A stretch of DNA of 64,000 bases from an uncultured Gemmatimonadales bacterium (GTDB lineage Bacteria > Gemmatimonadota > Gemmatimonadetes > Gemmatimonadales > GWC2-71-9). Shown piece after piece: positions 38,712 through 51,142 of the stretch (positions are counted from its first letter, which is position 1; each line of letters begins with the position of its first letter). Under the pieces are notes generated by a model. That model searched no databases and had not been told where the DNA came from. It saw only the letters and a program-made list of their open reading frames with translations. Both the position numbers and the translations under genes were made by a program. The stretch covers positions 64,001 through 128,000 of the forward strand of contig CAVSQW010000015.1 in NCBI GenBank assembly GCA_963730185.1, written 5' to 3'.

Positions 38712-40075
38712 GGGGTCGTTGCCTGGCCAGGCGCCGCCCGGGGTCCGGCCTCTGGGGCCGGTCGAGAGGCGAGGAAGAAGAAGTCGAAGAGGTAGAGTGC
38801 CACCCCGGTCGTGAAGACCAGCCCGGTGGCGAGCAGCATCAGGAAATGGACCTGGATCTTCTGTTGGGTCTGCAGGTAACCGAGCCCGAGAATTCGCTCG
38901 AGATAGGTCTGGGTGATGCCGGCCGCGGCGAAGGCCATGGTCATCCCGAACATCCCACCGACCTGGAGCCAGAAGGCCCAGAGCGCGGCGCCGGTCTCCC
39001 GCTTCTCTTGGGGATGCCCCCAGAACGTCGGCGCAGCGTACGAGATCACCGCCAGGACGATCATCACGTAGGCGCCGAAGAAGGCCATGTGCCCGTGCAT
39101 CGGTGTGATCATGGTGCCGTGAGTCCAACGGTTCACCGACGGCCAGGTATGGGCCAACCCGAGGATGCCGGCACCCAAGGCCGAGAGGACCGCGCTGCCG
39201 ATGGTCCAGTGGATGGCCATTCGATTGGGGTGGGCGAGCCCCGACCGGCGCATGGCCGAGTACGCGTAGACCGCCATGCCCAGGAAGGCCAGCGGCTCGA
39301 GTGCGCTGAAGACGCCGCCGATCGGCAGCCAGTACTGCGGCACGCCGATGAAGAAGTAGTGGTGCGCGGTCCCGAGCAGGCCGGCGATGAAGGTGAGCCC
39401 CACGATCACGTAGAGCCACTTCTCCATCACCTCGCGATCGGCGCCCGACAGCCGGATCAGCAGGTAGGCGAGGAGCCCTCCTTGCACCATCTCCCACACC
39501 CCTTCGACCCAGAGGTGGACGGTCCACCAGCGGTAGTAGATGCTGAGGGTGTAGTTGTCGAAGGTGAGGAGCGCGGGCAGATAGAGCACGGCGGTGAGTG
39601 CGAGCCCGGCGACCATCACGCCCTCGGTCGTGGTGAGCCGCTTGGCCTTCCAGATCGTCATGCCCAGGTTGTACAGGAACATCAGCATCACCACGACGAT
39701 GGCGAGCTTGACCGGCATCGGTTGCTCCAGGAGCTTGTTGCCGGCGGTCCAGCCGAAGAGGTATCCCACCACCGCCGTCACGCCGGCCAGCGTCCAGAGC
39801 GCGAGCTGGGCATAGGCCAGCTTGGGCGAGTAGAGCTCGGTCCGGGACTCCTCGGGCACCATCCAGTATGCGGCGCCCATGAAGCCGGTCAGGACCCACA
39901 CGATCAGCAGGTTCGTATGGATTTCCTTCGAGACATCGAAAGGCAGGATCGTCAGGAGGGGGTCGGGGCCGAGATACTTCGCGATCGACAGCAGGCCGAA
40001 CGCCATCTGAAGGCCGAACAGCAACAGCGCCACCGCGAAGTAGGCGTAGGCTACGCCCTGGGTTCGGTATCGCAT
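38708..40075 (-). CDS. norB: Cytochrome c-dependent nitric oxide reductase large subunit
   Basis: IHTNLLIVW, WWTVHLWVEGVWE, GTAHHY, HGHMAFFGAY. Confidence 0.95.
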   Translation of the reverse strand: MRYRTQGVAYAYFAVALLLFGLQMAFGLLSIAKYLGPDPLLTILPFDVSKEIHTNLLIVWVLTGFMGAAYWMVPEESRTELYSPKLAYAQLALWTLAGVTAVVGYLFGWTAGNKLLEQPMPVKLAIVVVMLMFLYNLGMTIWKAKRLTTTEGVMVAGLALTAVLYLPALLTFDNYTLSIYYRWWTVHLWVEGVWEMVQGGLLAYLLIRLSGADREVMEKWLYVIVGLTFIAGLLGTAHHYFFIGVPQYWLPIGGVFSALEPLAFLGMAVYAYSAMRRSGLAHPNRMAIHWTIGSAVLSALGAGILGLAHTWPSVNRWTHGTMITPMHGHMAFFGAYVMIVLAVISYAAPTFWGHPQEKRETGAALWAFWLQVGGMFGMTMAFAAAGITQTYLERILGLGYLQTQQKIQVHFLMLLATGLVFTTGVALYLFDFFFLASRPAPEAGPRAAPGQATTP

Positions 40076-40087
40076 TGCCCGCGCCTT

Positions 40088-40903
40088 CTATTTGAGGGTC
40101 ATGAGGTAGGCTACCAATGCGTCGATCTGCGCCGGCTGGAGCGTCTGCCCGAAGTTGGGGGGCATGAACGAGACGCCGCCGGCGGAGAAGGTCGCACCGG
40201 GCACGAGGAACGCGGCCGGGTCGAGGATCGATTCCCGGATGTAGGCCTCAGCCCCGTGGGCGGCGCCGTGGTAGTCCGCGGCCTGCACCCGCTCGGCCGC
40301 GCGCGTCGCGATCCCGGCCAGCGAGGGTCCGACCAGGTTGACGCCCGGCGCGACCGAGTGGCAGGTGTTACAGCCGGGTGGCGTGGTCTTGAACAGCGCC
40401 TCACCCAGAGCGACGGGATTGGAGGACGCCGCCGCGGGCGGAACCCCGCCCACGTCGGTTCCCGGAATCGATGCCCCGGATACCAGGATCGGCCGCGGGG
40501 GCCAGCCCTGAGTATTGATGTGACCGACCCAGGTCAGGAACGCGATCAGCTCGTCGATCTCCTGGTCGGTCAGCTTGAGGTTCGGCATCAGACGGCGGTC
40601 CCGCTCCTCGGAGTAGAAGCGCGACGGATCCTGAAGGAACGCCTTGAGGTATGCGGCGCCCCGCTGTTGGGTGATCTTGGTCAGATCGGGCGCGTAGTAG
40701 GCACCCTCGCCCAGCAGTGTGTGGCAATTGATGCAATCCTTCCGGTGCCAGACGTGCTTGCCGGCGATCACCTCGGGCGTGATCTGGTCGGCGTGGGTAA
40801 GGGCCGGAACCTGGCGGTGGGTATCGACGGTGAGGGCCACGAAGATGGCCGCGAAGAGCCCACTCGCGGCCAGAAAGAAGGCTCGAGTCTGTCGCTTGGT
40901 CAT
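40088..40903 (-). CDS. norC: Nitric oxide reductase cytochrome c subunit with a second c-heme domain
   Basis: N-terminal TM; CINCHTLLGEGAYYAPDLT; extra CNTCH..VGPSL domain. Confidence 0.92.
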   Translation of the reverse strand: MTKRQTRAFFLAASGLFAAIFVALTVDTHRQVPALTHADQITPEVIAGKHVWHRKDCINCHTLLGEGAYYAPDLTKITQQRGAAYLKAFLQDPSRFYSEERDRRLMPNLKLTDQEIDELIAFLTWVGHINTQGWPPRPILVSGASIPGTDVGGVPPAAASSNPVALGEALFKTTPPGCNTCHSVAPGVNLVGPSLAGIATRAAERVQAADYHGAAHGAEAYIRESILDPAAFLVPGATFSAGGVSFMPPNFGQTLQPAQIDALVAYLMTLK

Positions 40904-40918
40904 AGTGGGAGCCCTTCC

Positions 40919-41056
40919 TCAGACGTGGATAGCGCCGAAGTATCGGATTCCGATCCAGCCAGAGTAGAGCATGGCCGCAGCCATGAGAACGAAGACCAGG
41001 ATGCAAAGCGCTTTCACCACCGGGGACGGGGGTGCGAGCACGTCATCGCCTGGCAT
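40919..41056 (-). CDS. Small (45 aa) single-TM protein heading the nor operon
   Basis: SD AGGAG before the ATG; hydrophobic LCILVFVLMAAAMLY; ends 15 nt before norC. Confidence 0.6.
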   Translation of the reverse strand: MPGDDVLAPPSPVVKALCILVFVLMAAAMLYSGWIGIRYFGAIHV

Positions 41057-41251
41057 GGTGGCTCCTGTGAATGAGGGGGACTCGAAGCGTGATCCGACCA
41101 TACGAACCTCCGCCGCGATCGGCCCCGTGTCAACCGGTCCTGGGATGGCCTGGGGCAGGGCCCGACCGCGGTCGCTCGACCTTAGGCTGAGCTACCGGGC
41201 CGTGACCCGGGATGGTACGGGACGCTGGCCGGCGGCTCGGTCGAGGTGGTG

Positions 41252-43503
<2,252 letters not shown>

Positions 43504-43896
43504 TCAGGCCGTCGCGTCCCGCTGAAGCCTCAACGAGGCCGAGTTGAGGCAGTACCGGAGGCCGCTGGGCCCGGGACCGTCGGGGAAGACGTGCCCCAGG
43601 TGGGCGCCGCACCGGGCGCAATGGGCTTCGGTCCGGGTCATTCCGTGGCTCAGGTCCACCTCTTCGGCCACCGCGCTCTGGTGCACCGGCGCCGTAAAGC
43701 TCGGCCATCCGGTACCCGAGTCGAACTTCGTGGTCGAGGCGAAGAGCTCGGCATCGCAGCCGATGCAGTGATAGGTGCCGGGATCGTGGCAGTCCCAGTA
43801 GGCGCCGGTGAAGGCCCGCTCGGTGCCGCGCTGGCGGGTGATCCGATATTGCTCGGGCGAGAGCCGGGCTCGCCACTCGGCGTCGGGAAGCTCCAC
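43504..43896 (-). CDS. msrB: Peptide-methionine (R)-S-oxide reductase
   Basis: [37 protein letters not shown]. Confidence 0.95.
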   Translation of the reverse strand: MELPDAEWRARLSPEQYRITRQRGTERAFTGAYWDCHDPGTYHCIGCDAELFASTTKFDSGTGWPSFTAPVHQSAVAEEVDLSHGMTRTEAHCARCGAHLGHVFPDGPGPSGLRYCLNSASLRLQRDATA

Positions 43897-44241
43897 TCAA
43901 TCCTCCGGGGCCGGGACCGCCGTCTCGGCCGGGGGCAGGGGACCCACGGTCCAACGGATCTCCCGCACCCGGCCTTCGCGACGGTCGTTCAGCTTGGCCA
44001 GGATCCGGGGGGCCCCGAGCGAGAGCTCGGCGGCCCATGCCGAGGATACGACCCTGACCCAGAGGACGCCATCGGCGCTCACCCCTTCGGCCCGGGTCAC
44101 CGAGGCCACCTGTGGGCCCACCAGCTCGGACCAGCGCTCCACCGCCGCGGCCAGGTCCACCCGGCGGGCCAGACCCTTCTTCTCCAGGAAGGGGGGCACC
44201 AAGTCGGCCAGGGAGCGGAGGTTGCTCCGCTTGCGCTTCAT
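43897..44241 (-). CDS. DUF721/DciA-family protein
   Basis: WSELVGPQVA..GVLWVRVVSSAWAAEL; immediately downstream of recF. Confidence 0.85.
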   Translation of the reverse strand: MKRKRSNLRSLADLVPPFLEKKGLARRVDLAAAVERWSELVGPQVASVTRAEGVSADGVLWVRVVSSAWAAELSLGAPRILAKLNDRREGRVREIRWTVGPLPPAETAVPAPED

Positions 44242-45338
44242 CGGGGCACGCCTTCCGGCGCGGGGCGAACCTGACCCTCGTCGACTTCAATGATCGGGAG
44301 GTCCAGCTCCTCCGGCACCTCATCTCGCCGCGGGGCCGTCACGAACACCTGAGGGGCCCGTCCGGCGCCAAGGGCTTGGGCCAGCCGGCGCTGACGGTCG
44401 CGGTCCAGCTCGGCGAACACGTCGTCGAGGAGGAGGGCCGGCTCGACTCCGGCCCGCTCGGCGATGGTCCACCGCTCGCAGAGCTTCAACGCCACCGCGG
44501 CGGTCCGTTGCTGGCCGGTGGAGCCGATCTCCCGGAGCGACCGGCCGCCCAGACTGAGGGCCAGGTCATCCCGGTGCGGTCCCATGGTCGTGGCGCCGGT
44601 CACCAGGTCGCGCTCGCGGGTCTGGTCGAACCGGGCCGGCCAGGCCGCCGGATCGGCCAGTTCCTCGCGGCCACGGTAAGCCAGGGTCACGTCGAGCGGC
44701 TCGCCCAGCTCCCGGGTGGCGTCGGCCCAGCGCTCGCCGTAGTCGGCCACCCACTGGAGCCGGTGCCCGATCAGCCGGCTCCCGGCCACGGCGAGGGCCC
44801 CCTCGAACGCTCCCGCCGCCGTTGCCTGGCCCTGACGGAGCGCGGCGTTTCGCTGCTCGAGGGCGGTGCGATAGCGGCGCGCGGCCCGGAGGTAGTCCCG
44901 GTCGGTCAACGAGAGGACCCGGTCCAGGTACTGCCGCCGCTCGCTCGCCCCGCCGGAGACGAGCCGGACGTCGTCGGGCAGGAAGGCGACGGCCAGCCAG
45001 GCGCCGAGGGCGTCGGTCAGCCGGGTCTGCTCGGCGCCGTCCACCGCGACCCGCTTCCGACGGCCCTCCCGGGCAAAGCCGGCCTCGACCTGGGCGTCGG
45101 GCAGCCCCTCGCGAGCGACCGTGACCCGGAGGTGAAAGGCGTCCTGCCCGAAGGTGATCAGATCGAGGTCCCGCGCTCCTCGCACGCTCCGGAACAGCAC
45201 CGGGTAGTAGAGGAGCTCGAGCAGGTTCGTCTTCCCATGCCCGTTGGGCCCCAGGAACACGGCTCCCGCCTCCGGGAGATGGAGGTCGACCCCCACCAGA
45301 TTCCGGAATCCACGGGCAACCACCCGCCCCGCCTTCAC
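44238..45338 (-). CDS. recF: DNA replication/repair protein RecF
   Basis: GFRNL, GPNGHGKTNLLE, GPHRDDL, STGQQR, LLLDDVFAELD. Confidence 0.95.
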   Translation of the reverse strand: MKAGRVVARGFRNLVGVDLHLPEAGAVFLGPNGHGKTNLLELLYYPVLFRSVRGARDLDLITFGQDAFHLRVTVAREGLPDAQVEAGFAREGRRKRVAVDGAEQTRLTDALGAWLAVAFLPDDVRLVSGGASERRQYLDRVLSLTDRDYLRAARRYRTALEQRNAALRQGQATAAGAFEGALAVAGSRLIGHRLQWVADYGERWADATRELGEPLDVTLAYRGREELADPAAWPARFDQTRERDLVTGATTMGPHRDDLALSLGGRSLREIGSTGQQRTAAVALKLCERWTIAERAGVEPALLLDDVFAELDRDRQRRLAQALGAGRAPQVFVTAPRRDEVPEELDLPIIEVDEGQVRPAPEGVPR

Positions 45339-45361
45339 GTGCCCGTCTCCCTCACCGGTCC

Positions 45362-45478
45362 CTCCCAATCACGATTCACCACCCCTATTCCCACTCCTAT
45401 TCCCACTCCCTATTCCCAACTCCCTCCCCAATCACCATTCACCACTCCCTATTTCCCGCTCCCCGCTCCCCGCTCCCT
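45362..45478. repeat. Degenerate heptamer tandem repeats (STRR-like)
   Basis: ccctattccc/actccct/ctccccg units in the intergenic space. Confidence 0.7.
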
Positions 45479-46250
45479 AGGTCCCGCTCCATTTCGCCGC
45501 CCGCTTCTCGAGAAACGCCTGCGCGCCTTCGCGGGCGTCCTTGGTCTCGAACAGCGAGCCGAAGAGCGACGACTCGAGTGCCAGAGCGTCGTCGAGCTGC
45601 ATCCCGTCCTGGGTGCTGGCCAGCTCCAGGCAGGCCGCGATGGCCAGCGGCGCGTTGGCGCCGATCGCCCGGGCCAGCTTGTCGGCCTCGGCCAGGAGCT
45701 GATCGGCGGCGTAGACGTGGTTCACCAGCCCGATCCGAAGCGCCTCGGCCGCGTCGATCATGCCGCCGGTGGTCAGAAGTTCGATCGCCCGACCCTTCCC
45801 GATCAACCGCGGCAGCCGCACCGTCCCGCCATAGCCCGGCGGAATGCCCAGCCGGACCTCGGGTTGTCCGAATTTGGCGTTCTCGCTGGCGATCCGGATG
45901 TGACACGCCATGGCCAGCTCGCACCCGCCGCCGAGGGCGAACCCGTTCACCGCCGCGAGCCACGGTTTGGCGCTCTTCTCGATGCTTCGGAAGATGCCCG
46001 AGCCCTTCTGGGAGTACTGCCGGGCGGTGGCTCCGCCGAGCGTCTGGAACTCGGCGATGTCCGCCCCCGCCACGAAGGCCTTGGGCCCGGCCCCGGTCAG
46101 GATCGCGGCCCGAATCTCGTCCGCGCGGCGGACTCGGTCCACCGCGTCGCCGAGCCCGTCGATCACCTCCGCGTTCAGGGCGTTGAGCTTGTCGGGCCGA
46201 TTGACGGTGATGACGGCGACGCCGTCGTGTGCCTCGAAGATGACTGACAT
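45477..46250 (-). CDS. Enoyl-CoA hydratase / crotonase
   Basis: NRPDKLNALN, AFVAGADI, NGFALGGGCELAMAC, GQPEV. Confidence 0.95.
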   Translation of the reverse strand: MSVIFEAHDGVAVITVNRPDKLNALNAEVIDGLGDAVDRVRRADEIRAAILTGAGPKAFVAGADIAEFQTLGGATARQYSQKGSGIFRSIEKSAKPWLAAVNGFALGGGCELAMACHIRIASENAKFGQPEVRLGIPPGYGGTVRLPRLIGKGRAIELLTTGGMIDAAEALRIGLVNHVYAADQLLAEADKLARAIGANAPLAIAACLELASTQDGMQLDDALALESSLFGSLFETKDAREGAQAFLEKRAAKWSGT

Positions 46251-46251
46251 G

Positions 46252-46510
46252 GGCGTAGGGAGTAGGGAGTAGGGAGTCGTGAATAGGGAGTGAGTCGTGA
46301 GTCGTGAGTGAGGCCTGGTGAGCCGTGAGTCGCGAGTCCTGAGTCGTGAGTGGGGCCAGCTGTGGAAGGTACTCCGAGGCGGGCTTCGACTCTACCGCGA
46401 ACCGGTGGCCGGCAGTACCCTCCCCCTATTCCCCAGTCCCCACGCCCCACGCCCCTAATCCCTACTCCCTACTCACTCCCTACTCCCCATTCACCACTCA
46501 CTACTCCCTA
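46252..46510. repeat. Inverted pair of heptamer tandem repeat tracts
   Basis: (agtaggg)n/(gagtcgt)n at 46252-46351 and (ccctact)n-type at 46420-46510. Confidence 0.75.
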
Positions 46511-46519
46511 TATCTCTCC

Positions 46520-48034
46520 ATGTCCGTTCTGGCTCTCGACCAAGGCACCACCAGCTCCCGGGCGCTCGTCATTCATCAGGACGGGCGGATCCTCGGCCGC
46601 GGGCAGCGGGAGTTCGCCCAGCACTTCCCGGAGCCCGGCTGGGTGGAGCACGACCCGCTCGACCTCCTCCGGAGCACCGTGGAGTCGGCCCGGGAGGCCG
46701 TGGCCGCCGCGGGCGAGCAGCCCACCGCGATCGGGATCACCAATCAGCGGGAGACGGTGGTGCTCTGGGACCGGCGGACGCTCGAGCCGGTGGCGCCGGC
46801 GATCGTCTGGCAGGATCGCCGGACCAGCGCCCGCTGTGCCGAGCTCAAGGCGGAGGGAGTGGAGTCGATGGTCCGAGAGCGGACCGGCCTCGTCCTCGAT
46901 CCCTATTTCTCGGCCACCAAGCTGGAGTGGCTCCTCCGCCAAGAGCCCGGTCTCCGGCGCCGGGCCGAGCGGGGCGACCTCGCGGCCGGGACGGTGGACA
47001 GCTGGCTCGTGGCCCGGCTGGCGGGTGGGGCCCCGCATGTCACGGATCCCACCAATGCCTCTCGCACCCTGCTGTTCGACTTGCGGAGGGCGGCATGGGA
47101 CCCCGATCTGCTGACCTTGTTCGGGGTGCCGGCGCCGCTCCTACCCAGGGTGGTGCCGTCGGCCGGCGTGGTCGGCGAGTCGGACCCGGCGGTGCTCGGA
47201 TTCCGGGCACCGATCGCCGGGCTCGCCGGCGACCAGCAGGCGGCCCTGTTCGGCCAGGGGTGCGCCCGGCCCGGCCTGGCCAAGAATACCTACGGCACCG
47301 GGGCCTTCCTGCTCGTCTACACCGGGTCGGAGGCGCCCGAGCCGGGGCCCGGCCTCCTGGCCACGGCGGCCGCGGGCCCCCGCGGCGAGCTGGGTTTTGC
47401 ATACGAGGGAAGCGTTTTCATCGCCGGGGCGGTGATGCAGTGGCTCCGGGACCAGCTGGGGGTGCTCCCCGCCGCGGCCGAATCGGAGGCGATGGCGCGT
47501 TCGGTGCCGGATACCGGCGGGGTCCATTTCGTGCCGGCGTTCGTGGGGCTGGGATCGCCCCATTGGGAGCCGGAGGCCCGAGGGACGATCACCGGGTTGA
47601 CCCGGGGCACGACCCGGGCCCATCTGGTGCGGGCGGCGCTCGAGTCGATGGCCTTCAGCAGTCGGGACCTTCTGGAGACCATGGTGGCCGCGGGCCACCT
47701 CGACGTCTCCCGGCTCCGGGTCGACGGCGGCGCGACGGCCAACGACTGGCTGATGCAGTTCCAGGCCGATCTCCTGGGGATTCCGGTCGAGCGGCCGGAC
47801 TGCGTCGAGACCACGGCCCTCGGGGCGGCGGCGCTGGCCGGGATCGCGACCGGCGTGTGGTCGGGGCTCGATCAGTTCGTCGCCACTCGGACGTTCGCCA
47901 CGTTCGAGCCGTCGGTGGAGCCGGCCGAGCGCGCTCGCTGGACCCGGGGCTGGGAGCGGGCGGTCGGTGCCGCCCTCCACTGGGCCCGGAATGGTCCGGT
48001 CGAGACTGGCCCGAAACCGGGGTCAGGCCATTAG
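46520..48034 (+). CDS. glpK: Glycerol kinase
   Basis: LDQGTTSSR, GITNQRET, DPYFSATK, AGDQQAALFG, KNTYGTG. Confidence 0.97.
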   Translation: MSVLALDQGTTSSRALVIHQDGRILGRGQREFAQHFPEPGWVEHDPLDLLRSTVESAREAVAAAGEQPTAIGITNQRETVVLWDRRTLEPVAPAIVWQDRRTSARCAELKAEGVESMVRERTGLVLDPYFSATKLEWLLRQEPGLRRRAERGDLAAGTVDSWLVARLAGGAPHVTDPTNASRTLLFDLRRAAWDPDLLTLFGVPAPLLPRVVPSAGVVGESDPAVLGFRAPIAGLAGDQQAALFGQGCARPGLAKNTYGTGAFLLVYTGSEAPEPGPGLLATAAAGPRGELGFAYEGSVFIAGAVMQWLRDQLGVLPAAAESEAMARSVPDTGGVHFVPAFVGLGSPHWEPEARGTITGLTRGTTRAHLVRAALESMAFSSRDLLETMVAAGHLDVSRLRVDGGATANDWLMQFQADLLGIPVERPDCVETTALGAAALAGIATGVWSGLDQFVATRTFATFEPSVEPAERARWTRGWERAVGAALHWARNGPVETGPKPGSGH

Positions 48035-48061
48035 ATTGGAACCACGTTGAAGGGGGAAATC

Positions 48062-48487
48062 ATGAAGCCTGGTTCAAAGTTCGCCATCGGCGCCGCGGTC
48101 ATCATTTTGGCCGTAATCGGCTTGATCTATCAGGGCGTGCAGCAGACGGGCGTGTATTTCCTGAGCCCGACCGAGCTGCTCCAGCGGACCCAGACGGATC
48201 CGTCGTTCCACGATGTCGGCCTCAAGGTGGGCGCCAAGGTGGTGCCGGGCACCATTCGGCGCGATCCGTCCAGCCAGCGGATCGACTTCGAGGTGAGTGA
48301 CGGCCACGCCCAGTTCCCGGTCACCTACACCGGTCTGGTGCCGGACACGTTCACGGACGCCAATAACATCGAGGTGATCGTCGCCGGCAAGCTCGGCCGC
48401 GACGGCGTGTTCCACGCCACGGAGGTGCTGGCCAAGTGCGGATCGCGCTACGAGGCCGAGTTGGACAAGCTCCGCACGGCCAGTTGA
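48062..48487 (+). CDS. ccmE: Heme chaperone CcmE, CxxxY variant
   Basis: VTYTGLVPDTF, FHATEVLAKCGSRY. Confidence 0.9.
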   Translation: MKPGSKFAIGAAVIILAVIGLIYQGVQQTGVYFLSPTELLQRTQTDPSFHDVGLKVGAKVVPGTIRRDPSSQRIDFEVSDGHAQFPVTYTGLVPDTFTDANNIEVIVAGKLGRDGVFHATEVLAKCGSRYEAELDKLRTAS

Positions 48488-48524
48488 TCGAACCCCGGCC
48501 CCCGGCCGCTCGTAGGATTCTCTC

Positions 48525-50552
48525 ATGACACTCCTGGGACAGTTCTGTCTCTGGTCCGCGCTCCTCCTCGGAGCGTGGACCACCGTCGTTTCGTTCTCGG
48601 GGCGCTGGCGCGACCGGCCGGCGCTCGGCCGGGCCCTGATGCGCGCGCCGCTCGCGATCAGCATCGTGCTCTGGGTCGCGGCGGTGGCGCTCTGGAAGGG
48701 GCTCTTCGCCCACGACTTCAACATCGAGTACGTGGCGGCCTATACCTCCCGGAACCTGCCCGACTACTACGTCTTCGCGGCCTTTTGGGCCGGCCAGAAG
48801 GGGTCACTCCTCTTCTGGGCGTTGGTCCTCTCGACCTTCGCTGCCATCACCCAGCTGGTCACCAGCGCCCGGTATAAGGACCTGCTGCCGTACGTCGCCG
48901 GGGTGACCAGCGGCGTGACGGTGTTCTTCCTGATGGTCATGGTGATGGGCGGGGCGAATCCGTTTGCCCGGCTCGACTTCACGCCGATCGACGGGAGCGG
49001 GCTCAACCCGCAGCTCCAGAACCCGGGCATGGTGATGCACCCGCCGATGCTCTACCTGGGGTACATCAGCATCACGATCCCGTTCGCGTTCGCGATCGCG
49101 GCGCTCCTCGCCCGGCGGGTGGACTCGGGCTGGATTCACGCCATCCGGAAGTGGTCGCTTCTCTCCTGGCTCTTCCTCTCGGTGGGGATCACGATCGGGA
49201 TGTGGTGGGCCTACGTGGAGCTGGGATGGGGCGGCTACTGGGCTTGGGATCCGGTGGAGAACGCGAGCCTGCTTCCCTGGCTGACGATGACGGCCTTCCT
49301 CCACTCGGTGATGATCCAGGAAAAGCGGGGGATGCTCAAGCGCTGGAACCTGGGGCTGGTGATCGGCTCGTTCATCCTGAGCGTGCTGGGCACCTTCCTG
49401 ACCCGCTCGGGTGTGATCGCCAGCGTCCACAGCTTCGCCCAGTCGAACGTGGGGTACTTCTTCCTCGGCTTCCTGATCATCGTGGGCGTGGCCAGCTTCA
49501 CCCTGCTCTACACCCGGTGGCCCTCCCTCGAACCCGACGCCAAGCTGGAGTCGCTGGCCAGCCGGGAGGCGGCGTTCCTGTTCAACAACCTGCTTCTGGT
49601 GGGGATCGCCTTCAGCGTCCTCTGGGGGACGCTCTTCCCGATCATCTCCGAGTGGGTCCGGGGCACCAAGATCTCGGTCGGGCCGCCCTTCTTCAACCGG
49701 GTCAACGTGCCGCTCGGCCTCCTGTTGCTGGCCCTGACCGGGATCGGTCCGCTGATCGCCTGGCGGAAGACCTCGATCCCGAACCTCCGGCGGCAGTTCG
49801 TCTTCCCGACCGGCTTTGGGGTGGTGACGGCCGCGGTGCTGCTCGGCTTGGGGATGCGGTCGTTCTACGGACTGATGGCGTTCGCCATCGCGGGCTTCGT
49901 GTCCGGGACCATTCTCCAGGAGTTCTATCGCGGGATCCGGGCTCGGCGCCGGCTGTACGGGGAGAGCACGGTCATGGCCTTCGCCCGGCTGATCGGGCGG
50001 AACCGCCGCCGCTATGGGGGCTACATCGTCCATACGGCGATCGTGATCTACTTCGTGGCCTTCGCGGGCACGTCGTTCAAGACGTCGAAGGAAGCCACCC
50101 TGCGGGTGGGCGAATCGGTCGACGTCAAGAGCCCCTACGGGCACACCTATACGCTCACCCACATGGGGCTGTCGCAGTACGAGGCGCTCAACCGGGTGGT
50201 GACCGCCGCCACGCTCGAGGTGAAGAAGGACGGGAAGTACGTCGGGCGGGTGTACTCGGAGAAGCGCCAGCACGTCGACAGCTTCAAGCGTCCCACCTTC
50301 CAGCCGTCCACCGAAGTCGGGATCATGGGTGGACCGATGGAGGATCTCTACGTGGTCTTCGCGGGGACCGTCGATCAAACCGATCGAGCGTCGTTCGCGA
50401 TCACCATCAACCCGCTCGTCTGGTGGGTCTGGTACGCGGGCGGGCTCCTGGTCTTCGGGGGCCTGATCACGCTCTGGCCCGGTGCTCCGGCGCCGGCCAT
50501 CGTCACGGTCCGAACCCCCGCCCGACCGGCCGAGGAGGCAGTGCCGGCATGA
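48525..50552 (+). CDS. ccmF: Heme lyase CcmF/NrfE
   Basis: HPPMLYLGY, WAYVELGWGGYWAWDPVENAS, SVHSF. Confidence 0.97.
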   Translation: MTLLGQFCLWSALLLGAWTTVVSFSGRWRDRPALGRALMRAPLAISIVLWVAAVALWKGLFAHDFNIEYVAAYTSRNLPDYYVFAAFWAGQKGSLLFWALVLSTFAAITQLVTSARYKDLLPYVAGVTSGVTVFFLMVMVMGGANPFARLDFTPIDGSGLNPQLQNPGMVMHPPMLYLGYISITIPFAFAIAALLARRVDSGWIHAIRKWSLLSWLFLSVGITIGMWWAYVELGWGGYWAWDPVENASLLPWLTMTAFLHSVMIQEKRGMLKRWNLGLVIGSFILSVLGTFLTRSGVIASVHSFAQSNVGYFFLGFLIIVGVASFTLLYTRWPSLEPDAKLESLASREAAFLFNNLLLVGIAFSVLWGTLFPIISEWVRGTKISVGPPFFNRVNVPLGLLLLALTGIGPLIAWRKTSIPNLRRQFVFPTGFGVVTAAVLLGLGMRSFYGLMAFAIAGFVSGTILQEFYRGIRARRRLYGESTVMAFARLIGRNRRRYGGYIVHTAIVIYFVAFAGTSFKTSKEATLRVGESVDVKSPYGHTYTLTHMGLSQYEALNRVVTAATLEVKKDGKYVGRVYSEKRQHVDSFKRPTFQPSTEVGIMGGPMEDLYVVFAGTVDQTDRASFAITINPLVWWVWYAGGLLVFGGLITLWPGAPAPAIVTVRTPARPAEEAVPA

Positions 50553-51142
50553 ATCGACGCGCATTTTTCGGAGGCCTGGCCGGGGTCGGCGTCGTCGCGG
50601 CGCGGGCGTTCGCCCAGAACCCGGCCTCCCGCGACACGACCCGGGGCGCGGCCGATCCGTTACCGTGGCCCGGCGCCGCCGGCGCCGACCGGCCCGTCGT
50701 GCAGGCCAGCGACAACGACCCCACGATCAAGAACCTGGAGAAGCGCTTCCGGTGCACCTGCGGGTGTGGGCTCGACGTCTACACCTGTCGGACCACCGAC
50801 TTTACCTGCACCTACTCGCCCGAGCTTCACCGCGAGGTGGTGGCGTTGATGGAGGCGGGGCAGACGCCCGACCAGGTGGTCGACTCGTTCATCGCCAAGT
50901 ACGGTGAGTCGATCCTGATGGCGCCCGAGGCCAAGGGCTTCGGCGCGATCGGCTACGTCCTGCCCGGCGCCGCCATCCTGGTGGCCGGCTCGGTCCTGGC
51001 CATGATCCTGGTCCGCCGGTCGCGGCGGATGCAGCAGGTCGCCCCGGCCCCCGCCGCGTCGGCCGGCGCCGGTCCGGTCGGCAGCGCGTCCAGTGACGAG
51101 ATGGCCCGGTTGGAGCGGGCCCTCCGGGAGCTCGAATCGTGA
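50549..51142 (+). CDS. ccmH: CcmH/CycL-like cytochrome c biogenesis protein
   Basis: FRCTCGC, VDSFIAKYGESILMAP followed by a TM segment; ATGA overlap with ccmF. Confidence 0.75.
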   Translation: MNRRAFFGGLAGVGVVAARAFAQNPASRDTTRGAADPLPWPGAAGADRPVVQASDNDPTIKNLEKRFRCTCGCGLDVYTCRTTDFTCTYSPELHREVVALMEAGQTPDQVVDSFIAKYGESILMAPEAKGFGAIGYVLPGAAILVAGSVLAMILVRRSRRMQQVAPAPAASAGAGPVGSASSDEMARLERALRELES

